A stretch of 32,000 bases of DNA from Haloquadratum walsbyi C23 (GTDB lineage Archaea; Halobacteriota; Halobacteria; Halobacteriales; Haloferacaceae). Position 1 is the stretch's first letter; each line of letters starts with the position of its first letter. The notes under the pieces are model-generated. The model was not told the DNA's origin. It searched no databases and saw nothing but the letters and a program-made list of their open reading frames with translations. The stretch lies in assembly GCF_000237865.1 (NCBI RefSeq), contig NC_017459.1:60001-92000 (forward strand), read 5' to 3'. Shown one piece after another: positions 14,408 through 23,812 of the stretch. The translations under genes were made by a program, and so were the position numbers.

Positions 14408-14489
14408 GTCTGAACCGCGGACCCTAATATCCCAACTCAGCGGGCGGTGCCGTGGGATTCCGGCATCCTCAGGTCTGAGAGGATGTCAA
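14408..14489 (+). mobile_element. right end (RE) of the tnpB element with terminal hairpin; expected 3' part of the omegaRNA scaffold
   Basis: GGTCTGAACCGCGGACCCTAATATCCCAACTCAGCGGGCGGTGCCGTGGGATTCCGG CATCCTC-AGGTCTGA-GAGGATG TCAA. The 7-bp hairpin is at 14464-14485, followed by GTCAA, directly after the tnpB stop codon. This is the layout expected for IS605-family right ends. I could not run an RNA-family search. Confidence 0.55.
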
Positions 14490-14527
14490 GTCATATTGAT
14501 ACAATATTGTACTATACTTGAAGAATA

Positions 14528-14932
14528 ATGTGGCTGAGAGGAGTAAGCCCCCTTCTGTTCAACTCAGCATTCGGCTAAGCGTCCACGCCCTGTCCGGACT
14601 ACCTTTCTGGCGTGGACTTGCACCGGTGAGGATTCGCCGTTCCATCCATTCTCACCCATCTAATGCGGTTTTATTCCGTTATCGACACGTCACATAGCCG
14701 CTCCCTCGACGGGTTAACTGCCGTCCCTTACGGGGTGGTTCGCACGTCTCATTGGTCAGGCTGAGTGGTATCGTTTCTGTTCCAGTGCCAGCTGTCTCCA
14801 ACTCCAAGCTTGTGCTCGGTCACCTGTCCAGACGGTGGGGGGACTTTCCTCGTTTGCCGATACGGCAGTTGATGTGTCAATACATCATTCACCATTGTAT
14901 CGACCACGGGAGCTGAGCTCTCTCTGCCAGTT
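14528..14932 (-). ncRNA. rnpB: RNase P RNA (archaeal type A)
   Basis: The minus-strand transcript carries CR-I GAGGAAAGUCC (revcomp of 14841-14851), CGUAAGGGACGGCAGUUAACC, ACAGAAACGAUACC, and CR-V ACAGAAGGGGGCUUAC (revcomp of 14544-14558). A P1 helix forms between UGGCAGAGAG (14929->14920) and CUCUCAGCCA (14540->14531), 10 bp with one mismatch. Length is about 400 nt and no acidic ORF is present. Confidence 0.85.
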
Positions 14933-15027
14933 AATTTAAGACCGACGTATTGAATAAACTGTTCGGTCCGTACAATATCATCGAGTAAAGGGAAGCGTTC
15001 AAGTTATCAGGGAGACTGTCTGGTTAT

Positions 15028-15630
15028 ATGCCAAAGGCGCAGGCCGTTTCCCTTTCCTATGATGATGGGGCAAGAGCGGTCGAGTTAGCGCGTGAATCTG
15101 TCGAATCATATGTTCTTCATGGACAACGTGAACAGCCAGGAAGTATGCGCGATTCCTTTTATTCTCGGACAGGGGCATTCGTCCGCATTCGGTCAACCCG
15201 TGGGCGGGGTCGACTTCGTGGATGTGCTGGTTCATCTCGAACTAGCGACCAACTTGGTCATGCTATTGTTGATGCAGCAATTCAAGCAGCATCAAGTGAC
15301 TCTTGTGGGTCAGAAGTCGAACAACCTGAGTTATCAAATCTTGTTGTTTCCGTTTGTATTGTTTGTGAGCACGTCTCAACCGACACTCCTGTCGAGGATG
15401 TTGAACTTGGCACTCATGGGCTTGTTATTGATCGTAATGATAAACACGAATGGATGTATCCAACAATCCCTGTTGAGAATGATTGGAACAAGCAGCAGTT
15501 TTTCACTCGCGCCTCTCGGAAGGCTGGACTCAGCCCATTAGCCTGGCAAGATGAGGCTACTACGGTAACGTTATTTGAGGGGCAGGTATTTCGCGAGCGT
15601 CCTGATGGTGGCAGCATTGAAGAATTGTAA
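15028..15630 (+). CDS. AMMECR1 domain protein
   Basis: 200 aa. ARESVESYV...GAFVRI......LRGCAGS......L..AIVDAAIQAA..D.R and ELGTHGLVI...KHEWMYPTIPVEN.W fit the AMMECR1 family pattern. Confidence 0.75.
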   Translation: MPKAQAVSLSYDDGARAVELARESVESYVLHGQREQPGSMRDSFYSRTGAFVRIRSTRGRGRLRGCAGSSRTSDQLGHAIVDAAIQAASSDSCGSEVEQPELSNLVVSVCIVCEHVSTDTPVEDVELGTHGLVIDRNDKHEWMYPTIPVENDWNKQQFFTRASRKAGLSPLAWQDEATTVTLFEGQVFRERPDGGSIEEL

Positions 15631-15885
15631 TCAGGAGATATTGAATTGAGATTCCTTTTGTTCATGTAAAAAAGCGTCAGTTGTGATGGCTCGGAGATGG
15701 CGACGGGAGAGAGTCACCCAACACACAGTAGTCATTTACATTTAGAGATCTTGACCACTGTGTCTACTACTAGAGGATATCCCAGCTCTGTATGAATGTC
15801 ACTCGCATGTACAAAGCTCAATATATGTAGTCGAAGAGGATGTCCCGAGAACATCGACATGGTCATACTATTTTCATTTTTATTT

Positions 15886-17067
15886 TTATTCTATATTTAT
15901 TTCATATCCACACCGATTACGGTCTTGGGTTGCTCGATCGACTGCGGCATCGATACCAAAGTCGATATGATCAACCACTTTGCCATCCCGGATCACAGGG
16001 TTGAGAAGGGATTCACTGTCATCGGGTGATGGTTGATCATGAAGACCGATATGATGACCACCCTCCGATGTTCTGTACACAGATTTAATGCCAGCAAGCT
16101 TTCCGCGCTTGGCGACCGGTTCATCATCAACAGCAACAATATCAAGCGCAAAGTCAACTGGGTCTGCATTTGAAATATATCCACCAATACCAAATCCGTC
16201 TGCGACATCGCGAAGATTGAGTAGATCATTTGGATTGAGTCCGCCTGAGACAAAAATATCGACATCTTCGTATCCATGTGTATCCAGCGTCCACTGCACT
16301 TCACGAATAATATGTTGGAAATCGCCACGGCGTGATCCTGTTGTATCAAGCCGCACACCATCGAGCCGGTCACCGAGGGTCCGCGCCGCTCGAAGCGCCT
16401 CATCAGCCTCATCAGAGTATGTATCGCACAGTGCAATTCGAGGCACAGCCTCAGGAACAGCTTCATCAAATGCTTGCCACGCTTGCTCTTGTTCGCCACG
16501 TCCAAAGCAAATTAGCAGTGCATGTGGCATCGTTCCTCCGGCTGTACGGTCAAGAACATCGCCTGCAGCCATATGTGAGAATCCATCAACCCCAGCGATG
16601 AGTGCGCTTCGTTCAACCATCGCTGCAATTGTTGGATGCACATGTCGAGCACCGAATGAGAGGACAGTTGATGATGGAGCAGCTTTCCGGGCATTCGCTG
16701 CGGCTGTTGCAACCCCAGATGCATGTGATAAAAATCCTAATATCGATGTCTCAAGACGGGCAAAATCAAGATACTTTCCTTGAATACGAAAGACCGGTCC
16801 ACCATCGAATAGACGGCCAGGGAGGAGTGAGTTGACATCGACATTGCGCCCCTCGAGTAACGCAACAGCATTTTTGACTCCGGCTATCATCTCGAAATTT
16901 CCATCTGGAAATTGATCGGCGGTTACCTCGGCGGTAATGGTTGGATTTCGATCAGCATGCTGGAGTGTTGTTTCTGTTCGCTCAAAATATGCATCTGTCG
17001 CCGTCCCAGAAGTAATTGCCTCAGTGTCGATGATATCAAAATCCATGACACTGAGTTTACTCGGCAT
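15886..17067 (-). CDS. pncB: nicotinate phosphoribosyltransferase (archaeal type)
   Basis: 393 aa. SGTATDAYFERTETTL, GARHVHP, GGTMPHALLICFG, IALCDTY, GVRLDTTGSRRGD and DIFVSGGLN are typical of type II PRTase / NaPRT. Confidence 0.8.
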   Translation of the reverse strand: MPSKLSVMDFDIIDTEAITSGTATDAYFERTETTLQHADRNPTITAEVTADQFPDGNFEMIAGVKNAVALLEGRNVDVNSLLPGRLFDGGPVFRIQGKYLDFARLETSILGFLSHASGVATAAANARKAAPSSTVLSFGARHVHPTIAAMVERSALIAGVDGFSHMAAGDVLDRTAGGTMPHALLICFGRGEQEQAWQAFDEAVPEAVPRIALCDTYSDEADEALRAARTLGDRLDGVRLDTTGSRRGDFQHIIREVQWTLDTHGYEDVDIFVSGGLNPNDLLNLRDVADGFGIGGYISNADPVDFALDIVAVDDEPVAKRGKLAGIKSVYRTSEGGHHIGLHDQPSPDDSESLLNPVIRDGKVVDHIDFGIDAAVDRATQDRNRCGYEINIE

Positions 17068-17270
17068 GGTGAAAAGCGCATCTGCTCAGAAATTATCTCT
17101 GAAGCAAATTTTCATTCAGAGCCATTTACTGGAGACTCCAATGCAGGAAGCTATGCATATGATAGATATTCCAAAAAGAGCACTCATGAATTGCTGTTCA
17201 AGCCGTATGTTGTGTTGATTGTAAGAGCATGACGTGATTGCAGTGATAAGAATGAATATATTAGAGTGGA

Positions 17271-18851
17271 CTATGCTGGTGATGGCTTTGATTGTGCTCG
17301 GATATTGTCCAGAGACGTAACATCTGGTCCATTAACGATTGTAACTTGTGTGCCATCTTGCGTGACTCGAAAGGCATCAGCATATGCTCCATCCGGTATA
17401 ACATATGTTGTTGTTTTTGCTGTTTTTGCTGTCGATCCAGTATTCTCAGATTCCGTTCGTTGTGGCGTCGTTGCATCACGAGCGGTGAGGATCGAGCGGT
17501 ATGCATTCCGGAATTCTGTCGCGTCTTCATTACTTTCCCATGTCGTCACCCATACATATCCATATTCAGATTCAGATTCAGTTGACACCCCATTTTGTGT
17601 CTGATATGGGAACAATCGATCATTTTCCCATCCTGTCGATGGGTCAGCGATATAATTATACGCATCATACTGATTGGTCGGTTGGGTGAGCGTTTGTGGT
17701 CTGACCGTTTCAGCACCGACAGTTCGTGCTTGATTCCAAAACATCACAAATATCGACGCTTCTCCAACAGTGTCAGATCCATCCTGTCCGACTGATTCAA
17801 ACCGCTCCCATTTCGCGGATGATCGATCAGTGTAGCTAATTGGCTGTGGTGTCTCATCGGTTCGGTGAATAACTTGCTCACTCGCGACTGGCGGTGATTT
17901 GAATCGATCATTGACAGCATCCCATCCGCCTGACTCACGGAGATGATTGATATATCCAACACCGTCTGAGTACGGCTGGAAAATCGTTACAAAGATTCCC
18001 AGATTCGATGGACCACCACTTGACCCGCTATCTTCGTCGGTATCATCTGGGAGCTCAACGCACTCCCAACTGCTTCCACAGCGATCACCATACGCTGATT
18101 CGACGTATCTTGCATCCCCCTCAATTAATCCATCAGTAGCTAATTGTCCATCTTGTGTTGTTGCTGCGTATCGATCTTTCGTGAGGTCATACTGTTGATC
18201 CTGTACTGCGTGGACAAGTTCATGAATCAGTGTTGTATTTTCAATTGTCGGCGTATCTGGTGTGTCGGTAACGATTGTGATTGCATCATCGCGAGGATCA
18301 TAAAAGCCAGCAACAGACGAGCCTCGTGTTTCTTCAATCGCTTGCTGTGTACTTTCTGACTCACCAACAGCAAACAGCGCTTCCCACACTTGATTATTCC
18401 ACTGTTGAAATTCTTGATTCTCTGATGATCGTGTGCTTTCATCTCTTTGCGAGCGGTATTCCGACCGTGAGATAACGGAGACGGGGACTGATGATTTGAA
18501 CTCCAGTTGTCGAAGGTATTCAACACGAGCCATTGCCCGTCCAACATATGCTTTCATTTCCGCATCTGTAAGCCCATCTGCCTGGTCAACTTCGATTGAT
18601 TCATTATACCAATAGCCCGCTTCCCACCCAAGTGGATCACCAGCAGGGTCACTGAAGTCTGAGTCTGGCGTCGCAACGGCTGCTGGTGGACCAGTACCAT
18701 TTTTCTGTCCGATACCTTCTGCTGTGGCTGACTCGGTGGATGATGAATCTTCTCCGACATTCGGATTAAAAAGCGACCCACCCCCACTACACCCTGCGAG
18801 GACAATGAGGAGACTGAGTGCTATAGAGGCACGTGAGATTCGCCGCGACAT
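17271..18851 (-). CDS. secreted Tat-lipoprotein with HExxH (putative zinc metallopeptidase-like) motif
   Basis: 526 aa. The N-terminus MSRRISRASIALSLLIVLAGCSGG has a twin-arginine-like motif plus a lipobox LAGC. A low-complexity linker follows, and there is a single HELVHAVQD motif. It resembles a conserved haloarchaeal surface-protein family; that family assignment is from memory and unverified. Confidence 0.7.
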   Translation of the reverse strand: MSRRISRASIALSLLIVLAGCSGGGSLFNPNVGEDSSSTESATAEGIGQKNGTGPPAAVATPDSDFSDPAGDPLGWEAGYWYNESIEVDQADGLTDAEMKAYVGRAMARVEYLRQLEFKSSVPVSVISRSEYRSQRDESTRSSENQEFQQWNNQVWEALFAVGESESTQQAIEETRGSSVAGFYDPRDDAITIVTDTPDTPTIENTTLIHELVHAVQDQQYDLTKDRYAATTQDGQLATDGLIEGDARYVESAYGDRCGSSWECVELPDDTDEDSGSSGGPSNLGIFVTIFQPYSDGVGYINHLRESGGWDAVNDRFKSPPVASEQVIHRTDETPQPISYTDRSSAKWERFESVGQDGSDTVGEASIFVMFWNQARTVGAETVRPQTLTQPTNQYDAYNYIADPSTGWENDRLFPYQTQNGVSTESESEYGYVWVTTWESNEDATEFRNAYRSILTARDATTPQRTESENTGSTAKTAKTTTYVIPDGAYADAFRVTQDGTQVTIVNGPDVTSLDNIRAQSKPSPA

Positions 18852-18919
18852 GATAATATGTATTTTATCAGCAGGTCTACGCGCAAAAGTACCTTTGTGC
18901 TCGCATCATAATATCAAAT

Positions 18920-19501
18920 ATGGCTGACTATTCATTTGATACAGATACGACCGCCATCGTTGTTGTTGATATGCAAATAGGCTTTTGTGATCCCTCTGGG
19001 AACATGTATGCTCCAGGCAGTGAGGCCGTTGTTGATGACGTTCGTACTCTTGTCACAGATGCACAGGATGCAGGTGCTCGTGTTGTGTATACGCGCGACG
19101 TGCATCCGTCAGGTCAATTTGATGATGCGCACTATTATGATGAGTTTGAACGCTGGGGTGAGCACGTCCGCGAAGGAGACTCGGAAACGGCGCTTGTTGA
19201 TGGACTTGAGGTTCGCTCACAGGATCACGTTGTCATCAAACATACCTACGATGCATTTTATAATACCGAACTTGATGGGTGGCTTCGTGCACATGGTATT
19301 GATGATCTCATCTTCTGTGGGACGCTCGCGAATGTCTGTGTGCTTCACACTGCTGGCAGTGCTGGACTTCGAGATTATCGTCCGGTGCTCATTGAGGATG
19401 CAATCGGTGCGATTGAACCAAATCACCATGAATACGCACTTGATCACGCTGAGTGGCTTTTCGGAGAGGTCTGCTCACGTGCCGATATCAAATTTGTTTG
19501 A
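18920..19501 (+). CDS. pncA: isochorismatase-family cysteine hydrolase, probable nicotinamidase
   Basis: 193 aa. The catalytic pattern is D (AIVVVDMQ), K (VVIKHTYDAF) and C (GTLANVCVLHTA). The nicotinamidase role is inferred from proximity to pncB. Confidence 0.7.
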   Translation: MADYSFDTDTTAIVVVDMQIGFCDPSGNMYAPGSEAVVDDVRTLVTDAQDAGARVVYTRDVHPSGQFDDAHYYDEFERWGEHVREGDSETALVDGLEVRSQDHVVIKHTYDAFYNTELDGWLRAHGIDDLIFCGTLANVCVLHTAGSAGLRDYRPVLIEDAIGAIEPNHHEYALDHAEWLFGEVCSRADIKFV

Positions 19502-19780
19502 TTCAGTTTCAGTCACCCCACACCACTACAATTAATTGCTATAAGCTATTCTCTTGTCCTCACAAAGCGATCTGCAGTCAAATAAGTAGGTAGAGTGGTT
19601 CACTAATACCAAGAGTTTCGACGGTTTCGACACATCAAAGTTAGAATTGAAATCAAACATATTAGTTACGTTCCGTTATACTCAAAACATAACTGACGAA
19701 AGGAGAGCATTCTATTCTCCAAGTATGATACCAGGAATTGCGAGGGTTAGCTATACCTATTCTCGTTGGGAGAGATAATT

Positions 19781-21085
19781 ATGCCAAGCGTATTCAAATC
19801 AGCACGACTTCCAGATGGTCGCATCCGCGATGTTCGAGTTACTGATGAGACGATCACAGCTGTCTCGGATTCGATCTCGCCTGCATCAGATGAGACCGTG
19901 TTTGATGCACGCGGTATGCTCCTTTTTCCAGGAGCAATTGATGTTCATGTACACTTTCGTGAACCCGGTGGAGAACATAAAGAAACGTGGAAGACGGGAT
20001 CTCAAAGCGCTGCAGCCGGTGGTGTGACGACTGTTGTTGATCAGCCAAATACTAATCCCCCGACAACGACAAAAACTGCATACACATCGAAGGCGGCGCT
20101 GGCGGCGGATTCAGTCGTTGATTATGGCATTAACGGTGGTGTTACCCCTGATTGGAACCCAGACACTCTCTTTGAATGCCCATTATTCGCGCTTGGCGAG
20201 GTTTTTCTTGCCGACTCAACCGGAAAGATGGGGATTGATAAGACTCTCTTTCGGCAGGCGCTCATTAGGGCAGCCAAGACTGAGATTCCGGTGACGATCC
20301 ATGCTGAAGATGCAGCACAATTTAATACAGATATATATGGTCATGAGTCAGGTGGAACTGGGACTGACGCTGCTGTTGACATTTGGAGTCAGTATCGCTC
20401 AGCAACAGCTGAAATCAAGGCGATTGAGCGAGCCATTGAAATCGCAACAGAGGTTGGTGCCGATATCCATATTGCACATACAAGCACCCCAGCAGGTGTT
20501 GATGCGGCAACAGCAAGTAATGTCACATGTGAGGTAACACCACATCATCTCTTTTTGTCTCGTGATAATGCAGCCAAACTTGGAACATATGGGCGTATGA
20601 ACCCGCCACTTCGGAGTGAAGCACGTCGAAAAGAGCTTTGGGACCGACTCATTGCTGGCGATATAGACATGATAGCAACCGATCATGCACCACACACCTA
20701 TGATGAAAAAGCAGCCTCGCTGTGGGATGCACCAAGTGGGGTACCTGGCGTTGAGACAATGCTTCCGTTATTATTCGAACGCGCCCGTCGAGATGAGATT
20801 AGTTATGAACGTATTCGTGACGTCACCGCCCGTAATCCAGCATCCCGATTTGGGCTCAATAATAAGGGTCATATCGCTGTTGGCTATGATGCTGATCTTA
20901 TCCTTATCGATCCGACTGCTACTCAAACAATCAAAGGTGATATACTTCACTCAAAATGCACATGGACACCCTTTGATGGAATGAACGGGATCTTCCCAGA
21001 ATTGACAATGGTTCGTGGGACAGTGGTATATGATGGCGAGTCGTTTGGACCAACAGTCGGTATGAACGTGACTACTAGCGAATAG
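19781..21085 (+). CDS. pyrC: dihydroorotase
   Basis: 434 aa from the ATG at 19781 (the track starts at TTG 19766). PGAIDVHVHFREPG, VTIHAED, IHIAHTST, MIATDHAPH and the GYDADLILID metal-dependent amidohydrolase signature fit DHOase. A related cyclic amidohydrolase cannot be fully excluded. Confidence 0.78.
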   Translation: MPSVFKSARLPDGRIRDVRVTDETITAVSDSISPASDETVFDARGMLLFPGAIDVHVHFREPGGEHKETWKTGSQSAAAGGVTTVVDQPNTNPPTTTKTAYTSKAALAADSVVDYGINGGVTPDWNPDTLFECPLFALGEVFLADSTGKMGIDKTLFRQALIRAAKTEIPVTIHAEDAAQFNTDIYGHESGGTGTDAAVDIWSQYRSATAEIKAIERAIEIATEVGADIHIAHTSTPAGVDAATASNVTCEVTPHHLFLSRDNAAKLGTYGRMNPPLRSEARRKELWDRLIAGDIDMIATDHAPHTYDEKAASLWDAPSGVPGVETMLPLLFERARRDEISYERIRDVTARNPASRFGLNNKGHIAVGYDADLILIDPTATQTIKGDILHSKCTWTPFDGMNGIFPELTMVRGTVVYDGESFGPTVGMNVTTSE

Positions 21086-21303
21086 ATATCATTTGAAATT
21101 GACACTCGGTCGAAACTTGGATACATCGAAACGAACCACAGACCGAGTTCAATGCAGATTCATATTTCTCCTGTTGATTCTATATTCTCTGATTCTTTAG
21201 ATTGATAGTCATTAGTTCGAATAGTTTCACCGACGGTGTCGAATGACGGGGGTTCAGCGGCTCCCATCACTGACACCGATAATCACGGCGGTAAAGACTT
21301 GCA

Positions 21304-22110
21304 TTAATCAGTATGAGACCCACTCTCAGTGCTAGTATCAGCATCAGTGTCAGCATCGACATTTTCGGTCGTCCGAAGGTCATCGCTTGCTTCACGTACT
21401 TCTCGCATCACAGTTGAGATTCGGTCTTCGGCTTCTAATTCATCAGCAACTGAAAGGTCAACCCCTTCAACCTCAAGTAAGAATTTAGCCGTCTCTGTGA
21501 CCTCATACATCAGTTTATCAAGCTCATCAGCGGTGAAGAACCCGGACATCGCTCCATAAAGAAATGTTGCACCGGCTTTTGTGACCTTTTCCTCAAATGA
21601 TGATCGTGCCTGATTGACCGCTTGTGGTGTATATGTGTCTGTCATGAAGGGAACTAATTGTGGTAGGTTTGTTCCAATCTTTGTCATCTCGACGCCGGTC
21701 TCTGTCCGGAAGTCAGAGCAAAGTCGGGCAATAGCCCACTCCCGAGCAGTGATATATGTTCGATCTCGGAGAAAATTATTAACCCGGTCATACTGTGCTC
21801 CATCGACCTTCTTGAATCGTGCATACTTCGCTACATCAGGTGGTGATGACTGCCCACTAGCATTCATTTCATCGTCCGCTTCAGTCGATGGTACCGTCTG
21901 TGTCTCTGTCATATCCGCTTGAGTGTCGCTGGGCGTGTTCGAGACAGTAGTGGCGCTATTGTGGTCATCCGATTCATTATCTGTCGGATTAGCCTGTGTT
22001 GTGACATCCCGTTCGGTCATCTGTTCTTCGTGATGACCGCGGTCATGGTTCTCATCTTGGGTGACATTATCTTCCTCTATTTCACTGTCGTTCTCGTCAG
22101 CACTGTTCAT
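21304..22110 (-). CDS. conserved hypothetical protein with long acidic N-terminal low-complexity region
   Basis: I prefer the start MNSADEND at 22110, because the tracked upstream extension is non-acidic. The C-terminal roughly 170 aa (YARFKKVDGAQYDRVNNFLRDRTYITAREWAIARLCSDFR...) looks like a globular conserved haloarchaeal domain. Confidence 0.65.
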   Translation of the reverse strand: MNSADENDSEIEEDNVTQDENHDRGHHEEQMTERDVTTQANPTDNESDDHNSATTVSNTPSDTQADMTETQTVPSTEADDEMNASGQSSPPDVAKYARFKKVDGAQYDRVNNFLRDRTYITAREWAIARLCSDFRTETGVEMTKIGTNLPQLVPFMTDTYTPQAVNQARSSFEEKVTKAGATFLYGAMSGFFTADELDKLMYEVTETAKFLLEVEGVDLSVADELEAEDRISTVMREVREASDDLRTTENVDADTDADTSTESGSHTD

Positions 22111-22352
22111 ACCCAGGTCAGTCGCCGACACTGGAAAAATCGTTCTGTCGCCAATAAAAAAAAAACTGCTTGATTGCTCACTCAGCAACTATATAAACTA
22201 TACTTATATCGATATTGGCAATACCGTTGTAGTAATGCAGCATACTCTGCGATTGTCTATTGCGTGCGTTCATGTTAATAACCACATATTAAATCAGATA
22301 CGATACGGGTATCACCCGACGACTTTTCTATCCTGGCAACGACACCCGCGAT

Positions 22353-22718
22353 ATGAAGATTCTTCTTGGCGTGGACGGGACCGATACTTCCCTTCACGCG
22401 CTTGAGCAAACGGTCACACGAGCCAAAGAGGCTGGCGATGATGTAACAGTCGGCATCGTCACTCGTGATTCCGATCGGTCTGTAGCAGGAACCAGATCAG
22501 ATGTTGATGAGATTATTGAGTCCTCAGAGATTGATGTAACAGTTCAACATCTTGATGGTGACCCTGGTAGTCAATTGGTTGAGTTGGCTGAATCAGAGGA
22601 TTTCGATAAACTCGTTATTGGGGGCGGCAAAAGAAGTCCCATGGGAAAGATTCAGATCGGAAGCCTTGCTGAATTCATTTTATTGAACTCGCGGATAACC
22701 GTTTCACTCATCAGATGA
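22353..22718 (+). CDS. universal stress protein (UspA family)
   Basis: 121 aa. MKILLGVDGTDTSLHALEQTV ... LVIGGGKRSPMGKIQIGSLAEFILLNS has the USP fold signature, including the G-2x-G-9x-G(S/T) ATP motif. Confidence 0.8.
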   Translation: MKILLGVDGTDTSLHALEQTVTRAKEAGDDVTVGIVTRDSDRSVAGTRSDVDEIIESSEIDVTVQHLDGDPGSQLVELAESEDFDKLVIGGGKRSPMGKIQIGSLAEFILLNSRITVSLIR

Positions 22719-23263
22719 GCCCTGATCATACGTGTCCGGATGACTCTGCTGGACCATTCCCACTTCCTCCACGTACATTCACTGACCGTGCCGGTCGTGA
22801 TATTGAGATACGAGTCTATGATGGAAGTGAAGACGAATATGAAGCACTCGTTGAAATGTATCGTGGCTTCGACTCGAAAGACCGGGCACAGGGTATTCCA
22901 CCAGGTCGTGAAGAACGAATTCGGAAATGGCTGGATAACATCCTTTCATCTGAATGTCTGAATGTTATTGCATGGGATGGTTTGGCTGTTGCTGGTCACG
23001 CGACACTTGTGCCTGATGACGAATCATATGAGTTGGCGATTTTCGTCCTTCAGGTATATCAACAAGCGGGCATTGGTACGCATCTTATTGAAGCATTGCT
23101 TGGTCATGGAATCACCTCAGACATCACGCAAGTGTGGCTTACCGTAGAGCGATGGAATAACGCTGCGGTTGGCTTATATGAGAAGGTTGGATTCGAAGTG
23201 AGCGATTCAGAAAGTTTTGAACTGCAGATGGGAATCAATCTTGATAACGCTGAGACATATTAA
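22715..23263 (+). CDS. GNAT family N-acetyltransferase
   Basis: 182 aa. The ATGA overlap with the upstream USP stop suggests translational coupling. ELAIFVLQVYQQAGIGTHLIEALL ... NNAAVGLYEKVGFE is the GNAT motif A/B pattern. Confidence 0.8.
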   Translation: MSPDHTCPDDSAGPFPLPPRTFTDRAGRDIEIRVYDGSEDEYEALVEMYRGFDSKDRAQGIPPGREERIRKWLDNILSSECLNVIAWDGLAVAGHATLVPDDESYELAIFVLQVYQQAGIGTHLIEALLGHGITSDITQVWLTVERWNNAAVGLYEKVGFEVSDSESFELQMGINLDNAETY

Positions 23264-23353
23264 CTCAGGACTCTTCTTTTTATTAGCATCATGATTAGCA
23301 GCTTATTTTCAATAAATGATTGTTACTATGATTGTCACGGTCAAGATCTGGGG

Positions 23354-23812
23354 TCATACCGAGAGCACAGGTTGACTTGCATATAATAATACGTATTCTG
23401 CTGCTCTTGAGAGTACTTCACCGGGATCACCAGAGAGTGGCTCTCGCGGGACCACAAGGAAATCTGCGTTTAGATCTTCTGCTGTGTCGAGGACGACCCG
23501 ACCAGGATGTGTTGTCTTTATTTGAGTCGAGAATCCATAGACAACAGACGTTGAAACGGCAATATCGTACTTGGCTGCGATTGTCTCTGCAGATTCAGTA
23601 ATTGTCTGTCCATCAGTCGCGACTGCTGACTTATCGACAGTTCCAGTTTCGATTGCCTGCACGATATCCTCATCAAGCACGTGGACAACATGGACGGATG
23701 CATCGTACTTCGCGGCAATGACGCTTGCATACTCGACGGCGTCAAGAGACTCCTCGTTAGCGTCGATAGGAGCGAGAATGAGGTCTACAGACAGCAGTCG
23801 ATTCTCGGTCAT
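23354..23812 (-). CDS. universal stress protein (UspA family)
   Basis: I prefer the start MTENRLLSVDLILAPIDANEES at 23812. VHVVHV ... DFLVVPRE ... LSRAAEYVLLYASQPVLSV is USP-like. Confidence 0.75.
   Translation of the reverse strand: MTENRLLSVDLILAPIDANEESLDAVEYASVIAAKYDASVHVVHVLDEDIVQAIETGTVDKSAVATDGQTITESAETIAAKYDIAVSTSVVYGFSTQIKTTHPGRVVLDTAEDLNADFLVVPREPLSGDPGEVLSRAAEYVLLYASQPVLSV

Noticed and set aside
15092-15541. 149-aa ORF in an alternate frame of the AMMECR1 gene. The 182-aa ORF at 18987-19535 overlapping the amidase gene is a similar case.
   Set aside because: Both are same-strand out-of-frame ORFs with hydrophobic or basic low-information sequence. The overlapping frames carry clear family motifs.
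16088-16783. 231-aa plus-strand ORF (and the 170-aa alternate-frame ORF) overlapping pncB
   Set aside because: This is an antisense shadow of a well-supported NaPRT gene. Its Ser/Arg/Ala/Pro-rich basic composition is unlike the acidic proteome.
21254-21304. 16-codon ORF (MQVFTAVIIGVSDGSR) starting in a TAATG overlap with the stop of the 21304-22110 gene
   Set aside because: It is too short and has no supporting signal. Such overlaps arise by chance.
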